Source: a virus. From it: a stretch of 64,000 nt of DNA. Both the position numbers and the translations under genes were made by a program. The stretch is from the IMG/VR virus record IMGVR_UViG_3300021478_000015, positions 1 through 64,000 of that record. One strand, given 5' to 3'. Under the pieces are notes generated by a model. The model worked only from the letters and a program-made list of their open reading frames with translations. It ran no database searches and was not told the DNA's origin. How positions within the stretch are numbered: the stretch's first letter is position 1; each line of letters opens with the position of its first letter. Of the stretch, positions 38,951 through 47,067 are shown in pieces.

Positions 38951-39683
38951 GACCTGGGCTTCTCGGCCCCACCCGGCCACATGGTCGGTGCCGGTCCTGG
39001 CTGAGATCTCCGCCCGGCTGCCGGTGGGAGTCATCGTCCTCGACCCCTTCGCCGGGACCGGTGGCCTGGCTGACATCGCCCACATCCGCCCGGTGTGCGT
39101 GGAGATCGAGCCCGAGTGGGCCACCCAGGTGGTCGGCAACACCTTGACCCTCCCCTTCCGCTCCGGCACCTTCCTGTACGTGGCCACCTCCCCTTGCTTC
39201 GGCAACCGCATGGCCGACCACCATGACGCCAGGGACCGGTGCAAGAAGTGCGGGGGCACCGGGACGGACCCGCCCACTGCCCTCTGCGACGACCAGATGT
39301 ACCCGGCGGCCGACTGCAAGGTCTGCGGCGGCACCGGGCTGTCCAAGCGGCACACCTACAAGCACTACCTGGGCCGCGACCCCCACCCGGAGTCCTCGGC
39401 CATCCTGCAGTGGGGTCCGGAGTACCGGGCCTTCCATGAACAGGCCTGGGTCGAGATCACCCGCGTCTGCGGCCGGTGGGCGCACCTGCTCCTGGACATG
39501 AGCGACCACATCCGCCGGGGCGAGGTCCAGCCGGTCACACAATGGCACCAGGAGGCCCTGGAGGCCGCTGGGTGGTTCTGCCTGGCCCGCACCCCTATCG
39601 ACGTGCGTCGTCAGCGCCACGGGCAGAATGGGGACCTTAGAGTGGACCAGGAATGGCTCCTGGAGTTTGTGAGGATCGGATGA
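38907..39683 (+). CDS. DNA amino-methyltransferase-like protein with inserted zinc finger; start uncertain
   Basis: HPA, VLDPFAGTG, VEIE, ATSPCF; CKKCGGTG/CKVCGGTG insert. Confidence 0.75.
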   Translation: MYGSVVVATSLGAIETWASRPHPATWSVPVLAEISARLPVGVIVLDPFAGTGGLADIAHIRPVCVEIEPEWATQVVGNTLTLPFRSGTFLYVATSPCFGNRMADHHDARDRCKKCGGTGTDPPTALCDDQMYPAADCKVCGGTGLSKRHTYKHYLGRDPHPESSAILQWGPEYRAFHEQAWVEITRVCGRWAHLLLDMSDHIRRGEVQPVTQWHQEALEAAGWFCLARTPIDVRRQRHGQNGDLRVDQEWLLEFVRIG

Positions 39684-39874
39684 CCCCTGCCCGTTGCCCT
39701 AACTGCGCTCAGCCCTTGCCGGACGAGCGCCACCCTCAGGACAAGCTCGTCGCCATGGGTGGCCTGGAGATCCCGGTGATCGTGTGCCCGTCCTACACCG
39801 AGGACACCTTGATGCTGGCTCCCAGTGGCTCTAGCCTTGTGGGCCTCGCCGGGGAAGCTAGTCTCGAAGCATGA
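39680..39874 (+). CDS. small hypothetical protein
   Basis: ATGA overlap, CPNC. Confidence 0.55.
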   Translation: MTPARCPNCAQPLPDERHPQDKLVAMGGLEIPVIVCPSYTEDTLMLAPSGSSLVGLAGEASLEA

Positions 39875-40128
39875 CTGATACCGCGCCCCCGCCCGAGCCC
39901 GAAGACTCCTCCGCCGCCCTATCTGACCTGAAGGCCAGCGTGACCGCTGTGGTCACCGAACTTCAGGGCCTGGTAGACGAGGTGCAGTCCCGAGGCGAGG
40001 AGATCCGCACCGCTGCTCAGACCGCCGCCGAGGACGTAAAGACGGCCGTAGGCGTGGCGGTGGACAAGCTGACTCAGGCGGTGCAGACCAAGGTGTCCGA
40101 GATCCAGGACAAGCTGGCCGCGGCGTGA
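39871..40128 (+). CDS. amphipathic helical protein
   Basis: ATGA overlap; paralogue of next ORF. Confidence 0.7.
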   Translation: MTDTAPPPEPEDSSAALSDLKASVTAVVTELQGLVDEVQSRGEEIRTAAQTAAEDVKTAVGVAVDKLTQAVQTKVSEIQDKLAAA

Positions 40129-40394
40129 CCGACGCCCCCTCGGCCGCGACCACTGGGGCCAAGAGCAACAAGCCCGCCCAGCCTCCCGGCCAGGCCAAGA
40201 AGGACGAGGTCGAGCCTGAAGCTGCGCCCGAAGCTGAGCCGGAGGCGTCCACCACCCCGGTGGCCGACGCCGCGGCCGAGGTGATCAACGACCTCAAGGC
40301 CCTGGTGGTCGAGGTGCAGCAAGCCTTCGATGAGATCCGGGTCACGGTCCAGACCAAGATCGAGGAGGCCCTGGCTAAGTTGGCCGAGGCTTAG
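40125..40394 (+). CDS. amphipathic helical protein
   Basis: Shares DLKA, LV.EVQ...EIR, VQTK..E..KLA with previous ORF. Confidence 0.7.
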   Translation: MTDAPSAATTGAKSNKPAQPPGQAKKDEVEPEAAPEAEPEASTTPVADAAAEVINDLKALVVEVQQAFDEIRVTVQTKIEEALAKLAEA

Positions 40395-40432
40395 TCCTGG
40401 TTCAGCTTCTGGGGGATGGGTAGAGCCCCTGT

Positions 40433-40594
40433 ATGGGTCTAGCCGGATTACTCATCGTCCTGGGGGTCGTCATCTGGCTCCTGCTCAACCCCTTACTGGG
40501 CATCATCCTGTTGGTGGCGGGCCTGGTCATGCTGGTCTGGGCCGGGGGCTCCTACCGGAGCGGCTATAGCGGGCGCAGCCGGACCTACTACTGA
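40433..40594 (+). CDS. small two-TM membrane protein (53 aa), DUF6131-like
   Basis: MGLAGLLIVLGVVIWLLLNPLLGIILLVAGLVMLVWAGG..GRSRTYY; read manually. Confidence 0.7.
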   Translation: MGLAGLLIVLGVVIWLLLNPLLGIILLVAGLVMLVWAGGSYRSGYSGRSRTYY

Positions 40595-41632
40595 TCAGGC
40601 GGCGTCTCCGCTCAGCAGGTTCACCACGTCGTCCCAGCGATCCGAGACGCCCTGCAGCAACTCTGAGGCGGTCTCCTCGGCGGCGATGGCCTCGTCCCAG
40701 GCCTCCTCGTTGCGCTCGCCCTCGACATGCTCGCGGATCAGGGCGGACAGGGTGGCCGGGTCCAGGGCGTCAAGCTCCCAGGACTCGTCGCCGTAGAGGC
40801 CGACGTAGCCCTCGGCGCGGGCGTCGGTCATCTTGGCCGGGTTGGGCGGCGGCTGGTACTCGTTCACCTGATCCATGGTCAGAGCGATGCGGCGGATCTC
40901 CAGGTGGCCGCAGGTGTCCTCGTACTCGTCCAGCCGGGTGCGGGCCACCGTCTTGTAGTCGTCGGCGTCGGGGTCGATCTCGCCGTCGCGGATCCACTTG
41001 CGGAGCATGGTGGTCATGCGGCGGATCATGTCCTTGCGGGTGAACAGGCGCAGCCGGTCCTCGATGTCGCGGCTCATGTCGATGCCGGAGGGGTCATGGT
41101 CGCCCAGGTGCAGGATGAGGACGTTTTGGCCCTTCCACAGGTACTCGTTGAGGCGCTGGGCCGCCCCCCAGATCTCGGACTGGCTGGTGTAGCCCCGGCA
41201 GGAGAAGTACGGCACGTCCAGGTCCGGGCAGACCACGTCCAGCACGCCGACCAGGGCATCCTTCTCGATCCAGACCTCGATGCGGGTGGGCTGACTGGCC
41301 CACTTGTCGGTGCGGAACTGCCGGGCGGCGGCCTTGATCAGGTCGGTGGGCTCGTCCCAGTGGGCCAGGGAGCGCAGGTTGCGGGTCCGGTCCACGATGT
41401 AGTCCCAGTCCAGCATCCCGGCCAGGCGGGCGTCGTTGATGATCGAGCCCAGGCGCTTGTACTCGGTCTGCTTGTTGGCGATCAGGCCCCGGCTGACGAA
41501 CTGGTAGTAAAGCTGCCGCAGGGTCAGGTCGTAGCCCTGGGCGGCGTAGTTGGCGCAGATGGCCTCGGCCTGGCCGATGATCTTCAGCGAGCCGGGCGAG
41601 AACTTCTTGGGGGTGTACTCGATCTTGGCCAT
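40595..41632 (-). CDS. Topo VI-A/Spo11-like WHD-TOPRIM protein
   Basis: TLRQLYY, EVWIEKDA, RGY.S, GDHDPSG, RIALT, WELDAL. Confidence 0.85.
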   Translation of the reverse strand: MAKIEYTPKKFSPGSLKIIGQAEAICANYAAQGYDLTLRQLYYQFVSRGLIANKQTEYKRLGSIINDARLAGMLDWDYIVDRTRNLRSLAHWDEPTDLIKAAARQFRTDKWASQPTRIEVWIEKDALVGVLDVVCPDLDVPYFSCRGYTSQSEIWGAAQRLNEYLWKGQNVLILHLGDHDPSGIDMSRDIEDRLRLFTRKDMIRRMTTMLRKWIRDGEIDPDADDYKTVARTRLDEYEDTCGHLEIRRIALTMDQVNEYQPPPNPAKMTDARAEGYVGLYGDESWELDALDPATLSALIREHVEGERNEEAWDEAIAAEETASELLQGVSDRWDDVVNLLSGDAA

Positions 41633-41665
41633 CAAATGGCCTCGGTGGTGGTGGTTATGGCGGGC

Positions 41666-41697
41666 ACGTTAGCAAACTTTCCTAGAGAGTGCAAGTC
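41666..41697 (-). promoter_or_regulatory. promoter with operator motif (class B, spacer/-10)
   Basis: TTGCAC-17-TAACGT containing CTCTAGG-AAAGTT-TGCTAA. Confidence 0.85.
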
Positions 41698-41774
41698 GGG
41701 GTAGGTCCCCTACCCTTGTTGTCAGGTACAGGCCCCTCAAGTGCATAGATCCTTCGAAGCTCCTGAAAGTTAAG

Positions 41775-41800
41775 GGAGCCCCCTCCGAAGAAGGGGCTCC
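41775..41800 (-). terminator. hairpin after ArdC-like gene
   Basis: GGAGCCCC/GGGGCTCC inverted repeat. Confidence 0.6.
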
Positions 41801-41830
41801 AGGTCGTCGGTGGGGATCAGCACGGTGGTC

Positions 41831-42889
41831 TCAAGCAGCCACCTCCACGGGGCGCTCCTTGGCCCCCTCGCCGTCTGACTCGCCGTCCTTGGTCCAGCGG
41901 ATGCCCTGGACCCAGTCGGCGGCGTACTGGGCCTGGGAGGCGGCCTGCATGAGCCACTTGGGCTCGCTCTGCAGCTTGGACAGCCAGCCCTGTAGGTAGG
42001 CGGCCGAGTTGTCGATGGTGGAGTTCTCGATCCCGGCGATCCCGCACAGCATGGCGGCGGTCATCTCCGCGGTTAGCTCCTCCTTGGAGTAGCTGGTGTC
42101 CCCGAAGGAGTGCGACTCCATCAGGTCCTTGCGGGCCAGGCGGCTGGCGTGGCCCGTCGAGTGGCCCATCTCATGGAACAGGGTCGAGTAGTAGGCCTCG
42201 GGGGTGGTGAAGGCGGTGGGCTCGGGCATGCCGATGAAGTCCCGGCTGGGCGAGTAGTAGGCCCGGTTGCCGCCGTGGTGGACCTCGACCTCGGTGTAGC
42301 CGTCCGCCAGGGCCTGAGCCGCCTCGATGGCGTCGAACTCGGGGGCATCCTCGGCGGCCTCGGAGGGCTGGAACTTCTTCGGGAGCGTGCCCTGGTGGAC
42401 CTGATCCTGGTTCCAGACGTTGAACTCCTTGGGGAAGCGGATCCGGACCTTGCGGACCTTGCCGGTGGCCTCGTCCTTCTCCTCCTTGACGAAGCTCCCC
42501 CACCAGATGACCTTGGTGCATTTCTCGCCCTTGCGGACCCCGAAGTCGAGCCCCTCGGGATGGACCCAGGAGTTGCCCTCCTTGACCGCCCCGGCCTGGC
42601 GCGCCCACTCGTCGTAGGTGGCCCAGAAGGTGGACTTGTAGCCCTTCTCCAGGGCCTCGCCCAGGAGCAGCCAGAGGTTGATGCCCCGGTAGAGCTTGCC
42701 GGTGGAGACCGAGCGGGGGAACATGGAGCCGCCGTCCGCGGCCTTCCATTCCTGCAGCCAGATCAGCTTCTTGGTCTGCAGCGACAGGGCGCAGATGCGG
42801 TCAACGACCGACTGGTAGAGGTCCTTGCGGGGCTTGGCGGGGGTGACCCGGCCGGACTTGGTGGACTTGGACTTGGTGGTGGTGGCCAT
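41831..42889 (-). CDS. ardC: ArdC-like antirestriction protein (ssDNA-binding plus zincin domain)
   Basis: TGKLYRGIN, WATY..W, VRKGEK, RAYYSP..D.I.MP, HEMGH.TGH..RL.R, YSKEEL.AE. Confidence 0.92.
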   Translation of the reverse strand: MATTTKSKSTKSGRVTPAKPRKDLYQSVVDRICALSLQTKKLIWLQEWKAADGGSMFPRSVSTGKLYRGINLWLLLGEALEKGYKSTFWATYDEWARQAGAVKEGNSWVHPEGLDFGVRKGEKCTKVIWWGSFVKEEKDEATGKVRKVRIRFPKEFNVWNQDQVHQGTLPKKFQPSEAAEDAPEFDAIEAAQALADGYTEVEVHHGGNRAYYSPSRDFIGMPEPTAFTTPEAYYSTLFHEMGHSTGHASRLARKDLMESHSFGDTSYSKEELTAEMTAAMLCGIAGIENSTIDNSAAYLQGWLSKLQSEPKWLMQAASQAQYAADWVQGIRWTKDGESDGEGAKERPVEVAA

Positions 42890-42896
42890 GGGAAGT

Positions 42897-42928
42897 ACGT
42901 TAGCAGACTTTCTTAGAGGGCGCAAGTC
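42897..42928 (-). promoter_or_regulatory. promoter with operator motif (class B), leaderless
   Basis: TTGCGC-17-TAACGT-7-ATG; CTCTAAG-AAAGTC-TGCTAA. Confidence 0.85.
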
Positions 42929-42946
42929 ACCTTTGGCAAGAATGGC

Positions 42947-42986
42947 AAGAAAAGCGAGAGCCCCCGGTTGTAAGTCGGGGGCTCTC
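42947..42986 (-). terminator. intrinsic terminator
   Basis: 11-bp stem GAGAGCCCCCG/CGGGGGCTCTC followed by GCTTTTCTT. Confidence 0.85.
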
Positions 42987-43362
42987 ATTCCAGGTTGTGC
43001 TCGGTCCTGCGGTCCTGCCTGACGTGACCCGGAGCTTGGTTGCATCGCAGCTTGGTGGGCCAGGAGGCCCTCCCACTCTCTCCGGCAGGGTTAGCGTCCC
43101 TGCGTACTCTGTGGTTTTGATTGTCAGCGGTCAGTTCCCTGGGCTCAAGCCGTTCGCCCGAGGGCTCCCCGGATTCGACTACGCACGCCCTGGTGACCCG
43201 ACACTTAGCCCCGAGGGGCACTTCAGTGCCGGTGCCACTTCGAGTCGCGGTACCGGGGATGTAAGAGGGATGGGACGGGTGCGGAGGCTGGCCACTGGGC
43301 GGGCCTCCCTTCTGACTGCGGTGCGGGTTACGCCATAGCTTCCTTTCTCGATCGGTGAGTAC
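42947..43362 (-). ncRNA. candidate ~415-nt structured RNA with 5' Met-Ala-stop minigene
   Basis: Own operator-bearing promoter and terminator; no credible long ORF; many hairpins. Confidence 0.65.
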
Positions 43363-43369
43363 AGGAAGC

Positions 43370-43401
43370 ACGTTAGCAAGGATTCCTAGAGAAGTCAAGT
43401 C
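43370..43401 (-). promoter_or_regulatory. promoter with operator motif (class B)
   Basis: TTGACT-17-TAACGT; CTCTAGG-AATCCT-TGCTAA. Confidence 0.85.
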
Positions 43402-43579
43402 ACCTGCGGCGGGACTTGGAGTTCTCCCGGCGGGGATTACCGATGTGCCAGCAGGAGCACCAGGCGCACCGGTAGCTCCGGGTGGCCCAGCCTCGCGCCC
43501 GTGCTGCCTTGGCCACGTCGTTGGCTACCTCCCGCGTGGCGTACTGGTGCTTGCCGGTGACGCAGTCGCTGCCCTTCAT
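43400..43579 (-). CDS. small phage Zn-binding protein
   Basis: C.TGK..Y.T..A..YRC..C..WH. Confidence 0.7.
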   Translation of the reverse strand: MKGSDCVTGKHQYATREVANDVAKAARARGWATRSYRCAWCSCWHIGNPRRENSKSRRR

Positions 43580-43583
43580 GGGC

Positions 43584-43919
43584 TCACGCCTGGTGCAGGA
43601 GGGCCTGCTCCTTGGTGGTGAGCAGCTTCTCGATGTCATGCTCCCAGATGGACTCGCAGACACTGGCCAGGGTGCCGTCCTTTAACCGCCAGCGGACGGT
43701 GTAGGAATACTCCCCGGCCTCCTGGTGGATGTGGACGGTGACGATCTCGGCGTGGCGGGGAGCCCGGCCATGGCGGCCTGGGAGCTTCCTGAAGGCCCGC
43801 ACGGTGTCGCCTTCGTGGTACTTCGAGCCCGCCACCTGAGCGGCGTACAGCGCCTCCTGGGCGGCCTCCAGAGCCTCCTGGCACCGGGTCACCTCAGCGG
43901 CTAGCTCCTTGATGGTCAT
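43584..43919 (-). CDS. hypothetical protein
   Basis: TGATG overlap. Confidence 0.7.
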   Translation of the reverse strand: MTIKELAAEVTRCQEALEAAQEALYAAQVAGSKYHEGDTVRAFRKLPGRHGRAPRHAEIVTVHIHQEAGEYSYTVRWRLKDGTLASVCESIWEHDIEKLLTTKEQALLHQA

Positions 43920-44503
43920 CAGAAGTACAGGCCTTTCGGGTTCACGTCGGTGACCATGCCCAGCACGTCGATGGGGATCATGGCCCTCAGCTTGGGGGTG
44001 GCGTCCATGGCGGTGAAGATCTCCCTAGCAGGCCAACCGCCGACCGGGGCGTGGGCCAAGACTCTCCAGCCCTCCTGATCGAGCCCTGTGGGGCTCGCCA
44101 AGCGGAGAAAACGGCTCGCCTCACGTCCTGGGTCTACGGCAAGCTCTATGACCTCTGAGACGGGCTCAGGGGGCCGTCCCCACGCCCAGATGGATCCGGA
44201 GCCGTGAGGGACGTGGGGACGGTCGGACGCCCTGGCCATCAGGATGGTAGGGGCGCTGGTGTCGTAGCTCCACAGCGTGGCGTCCACTACCGTCACCTCG
44301 GGGTCGTAGGGGTCGCCCAGGACGGCCCAGGAGTGTTGCGAGCCCACGCCGCGGCAGCCTCCGCGGGCCACTCGGGCTCCCTCGGGCAGCAGACCGGAGC
44401 GGACGATGGCCAGGCTGACCGAGTGGCACTGGTGTGCCCAGTGGTCCTTGGGGATGTCGATGGCAGCCTCGACCGCCTCGACGGTGGGTGCGGTGAAGGT
44501 CAC
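43919..44503 (-). CDS. hypothetical protein with C..H..D triad-like pattern
   Basis: QCH..S..HSW..VVD. Confidence 0.7.
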   Translation of the reverse strand: MTFTAPTVEAVEAAIDIPKDHWAHQCHSVSLAIVRSGLLPEGARVARGGCRGVGSQHSWAVLGDPYDPEVTVVDATLWSYDTSAPTILMARASDRPHVPHGSGSIWAWGRPPEPVSEVIELAVDPGREASRFLRLASPTGLDQEGWRVLAHAPVGGWPAREIFTAMDATPKLRAMIPIDVLGMVTDVNPKGLYF

Positions 44504-44709
44504 TTGTACATCTCCTTATGGCGGGGGCAGTAGTCGAAGCCGTCCACCTTCCAGCCTGCGGCCTTGGCCGCTTTGCGGATGGCGGGCCGGGACTGGATGC
44601 CGTCGTAGGCGAAGGCGGCGGTGCAGGACTTCATGTCCCGCAGGGGATCGCCGCCTGCAGGCAGGTCGGCCCCGTCGCAGGTCACGGTCATTTGCTGGCG
44701 GACGCTCAT
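44500..44709 (-). CDS. small Zn-binding protein
   Basis: VTCD..C..GW..DYCP.H. Confidence 0.7.
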   Translation of the reverse strand: MSVRQQMTVTCDGADLPAGGDPLRDMKSCTAAFAYDGIQSRPAIRKAAKAAGWKVDGFDYCPRHKEMYK

Positions 44710-44945
44710 GGCTTGGCCACCGCATCCCGGCCCGTGTACCAGCCGATGGGACGCTGGTCAGCCCCAGGGTTGGGGCCAGCGTGGAAGTGGTTGGGGGTGT
44801 AGCGATGGTGCTGGTTGGCGTGCCAGCGGCTCATCTCGGTGAAGGTCCAGCTATGGCGCTTGACCGAGGACCGGGCCGCCTGGGTGCCGTGCATCTCTTG
44901 GATGTGATCGAACAGCACCTGCTTGGGGGTGGTGGTCTGTGGCAT
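44706..44945 (-). CDS. His-rich hypothetical protein, leaderless
   Basis: ATG 7 nt after -10. Confidence 0.75.
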   Translation of the reverse strand: MPQTTTPKQVLFDHIQEMHGTQAARSSVKRHSWTFTEMSRWHANQHHRYTPNHFHAGPNPGADQRPIGWYTGRDAVAKP

Positions 44946-44952
44946 GGCAAGC

Positions 44953-44984
44953 ACCTTAGCAGGAATCCTTAGAGGGCGCAAGTC
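44953..44984 (-). promoter_or_regulatory. promoter with operator motif (class B), leaderless
   Basis: TTGCGC-17-TAAGGT; CTCTAAG-GATTCC-TGCTAA. Confidence 0.85.
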
Positions 44985-44992
44985 GCCCAGGA

Positions 44993-46279
44993 CTACCAGC
45001 CCCAGGGGGCGATGGGCTCCCAGCCCAGCTTGGCCGTCACCTTGTTGATGGCGTCCTGGATGGCGTGCTGGGTCGCGTCTTCGCGGGCCTCGGGATGGCC
45101 CTGGTCGGCCACCCAGTCAGAGCCCTCACAGACACGGCCTTCGAGGTCAGCCCGCTGGAGCTTCCCGGTGCTGATCTCGCTGAGTATCAGCGTGACCATG
45201 CGGTGGACGGTAACGCCGCCCATGTGAGAGGGCATCTGATAAGGGGGAATCTCGCTCTTGGCCGGGCACTTTGATTTCGGTTGTGTCTTAGTAGTGGTCA
45301 TGGTGGACATCTTATCAAACTTCCTTATAGTAGCGGCGGTAGTTGTGGGGATTTGTGTCTTTGTTGTGAGGAAGGGGTCCAGGAGATCGCGGAAGTCTTC
45401 GTTCGTAGTGAGATCCCATATCGGAAACTTAATATCCTCGTTGTACTTCCGGTATAACCGGGCTGCTTCTAAATAATCAGGATCGCACCACTCACCCTCA
45501 TGCACCAGTCCGGTGATGCGGAAGTCACTATTCTCAAGGTCTGGGTAGTCCATCCAGCCCTTGGCCGGGGTAACGAGATGTCTGGGTGTCCTATGCCGCT
45601 CTTCCGGGCTGGCGGCGTCGTACCAGGCCTGCCATTCAGGTGTCCTTCTAAACCTGGAGTCCCTACTACTAGTATCCTTCCAGATCTTTCGTTGCTGTGC
45701 GTATCGTTGCACCCATCTCTTTATCTCAGTATCAGGCCAATCCTTGATTGCAGCCTGGGTTAACGCAGGTGGTACGTTGATCACATACATCAGCTTTGGT
45801 ATCTTGTGACCGGCTGCATAGTCTCTTGCTATTGCTTCGCTGAACTGAGTATGGGGGACTACTAGTGTCTGATCTGTTATCAGGCTGGATCCGACTCTTA
45901 TATTGGTGGATCCGAGTTCTCCATATCCACCGTAGCAAGGATGAATCAGTATCTTGGCCTTAGGGGGTCCTCCACTCACGTTTCTCACGTATTCAGGCGG
46001 TAGTAGCCTGTGGTGTAAGCGCTTGCTCTTGCCCTCGTCGTAGTTTCTGATCGTGGCTGGCCCATATACTTCAGCTATGCAATGCTCTCCTGTCTGTTGA
46101 GTCATGTCCGTCAACAGAGGATCGACAATGGATGTCACGATTTCCCACCAGGGCCAGCAGTTCGTGTTGGGTATGTACGATCCTGAGCCCTGACTGCCGT
46201 TCAGTAGCTGGCGGGAATCGATCACTGATCCATCGGTCAGGGTCATGGGGCCGCCGATGAGGATTATGGTGATGCTCAT
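44993..46279 (-). CDS. unknown protein, cassette paralogue B with C-terminal extension
   Basis: ATGA-coupled to paralogue A; shares five blocks with it; lower GC. Confidence 0.8.
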   Translation of the reverse strand: MSITIILIGGPMTLTDGSVIDSRQLLNGSQGSGSYIPNTNCWPWWEIVTSIVDPLLTDMTQQTGEHCIAEVYGPATIRNYDEGKSKRLHHRLLPPEYVRNVSGGPPKAKILIHPCYGGYGELGSTNIRVGSSLITDQTLVVPHTQFSEAIARDYAAGHKIPKLMYVINVPPALTQAAIKDWPDTEIKRWVQRYAQQRKIWKDTSSRDSRFRRTPEWQAWYDAASPEERHRTPRHLVTPAKGWMDYPDLENSDFRITGLVHEGEWCDPDYLEAARLYRKYNEDIKFPIWDLTTNEDFRDLLDPFLTTKTQIPTTTAATIRKFDKMSTMTTTKTQPKSKCPAKSEIPPYQMPSHMGGVTVHRMVTLILSEISTGKLQRADLEGRVCEGSDWVADQGHPEAREDATQHAIQDAINKVTAKLGWEPIAPWGW

Positions 46280-46374
46280 GTCGCCACCAGGAAGGGATCC
46301 AGGAGATCGCGGAAGTCTTCGTTCGTAGCGAGATCCCATATCGGGAACTTGATGTCCTCGTTGTGCTCCAGGTA
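45371..46374. repeat. direct repeat pair 45371-45454 and 46291-46374
   Basis: 84 bp with 8 mismatches by manual count; encodes the shared C-terminal block. Confidence 0.85.
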
Positions 46375-47067
46375 CCGCCGGGCTGCCTCCAGGTAGCAAG
46401 GGTCACACCACTTGCCACCCTTGACAAGACCTGTGATGCTGAAGTCACCATCCTCAGTGAATAGATCGCTGTTAGGAGATGCTTTAGTTTGAGGATGTTG
46501 ATTCTGGCGGTTCCAGCGATGTTCGCTGAACTGGTTGTGCGGAAGGATTATTATTTGCGCTGAATCAAAGCCTCTGATGTCTTGATTGTAATATGAGCGA
46601 ATCTGTATTCTCACATCACGCTTATACTTGGGTGAGCGTTGAGGATAGTACTCTATATCTGGGTTGGATGAGAGTAGGAGTTGGTTCAATCTAGAGTACT
46701 TGGCTAAGGCTATCCTATAAGGTCCTTCAATGATAGGCCTAATAGTGGGGATGCTTGATCTTAGGAGGGTTTCTAGATTTCTTCTTCTTGGCTTACCATT
46801 GCTAAACTCCATAGTCCACAGCGGGCAATCCTTGATCTCAGCTAGGGAGTGATCTCCGATCTGAGTTTCGAAGTCCTTTTGTCCGAAGCCTTGAAGTAAT
46901 GGATTGACTATTGAAATCACTGTTTCCCACCATGACCAACAGTTCGTATGTACTCTCATACTCGGGTATGTATACGGTAGTTGTCTAGAGTCAATGGTAG
47001 ATCCATCGGATAGGGTTATGAGACCACCGATGAGAATGATGGTGGTAGGCTCCTTAGCTAGCGACAT
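46276..47067 (-). CDS. unknown protein, cassette paralogue A
   Basis: Overlaps helicase stop; low GC. Confidence 0.8.
   Translation of the reverse strand: MSLAKEPTTIILIGGLITLSDGSTIDSRQLPYTYPSMRVHTNCWSWWETVISIVNPLLQGFGQKDFETQIGDHSLAEIKDCPLWTMEFSNGKPRRRNLETLLRSSIPTIRPIIEGPYRIALAKYSRLNQLLLSSNPDIEYYPQRSPKYKRDVRIQIRSYYNQDIRGFDSAQIIILPHNQFSEHRWNRQNQHPQTKASPNSDLFTEDGDFSITGLVKGGKWCDPCYLEAARRYLEHNEDIKFPIWDLATNEDFRDLLDPFLVAT

Noticed and set aside
43160-43190. GGGCTCCCCGGATTCGACTACG on + resembles a tmRNA 5' end
   Set aside because: No matching 3' T-arm/acceptor-CCA or tag frame; promoter and terminator define the - strand
45740-45810. PKLMYVINVPP resembling a thymidylate-kinase motif
   Set aside because: Lies in a variable insert absent from the paralogue; no P-loop
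45371-46374. Repeat pair as a diversity-generating retroelement TR/VR
   Set aside because: Both copies are coding, mismatches are mostly synonymous and not confined to adenines of one template, and no reverse transcriptase is in the window
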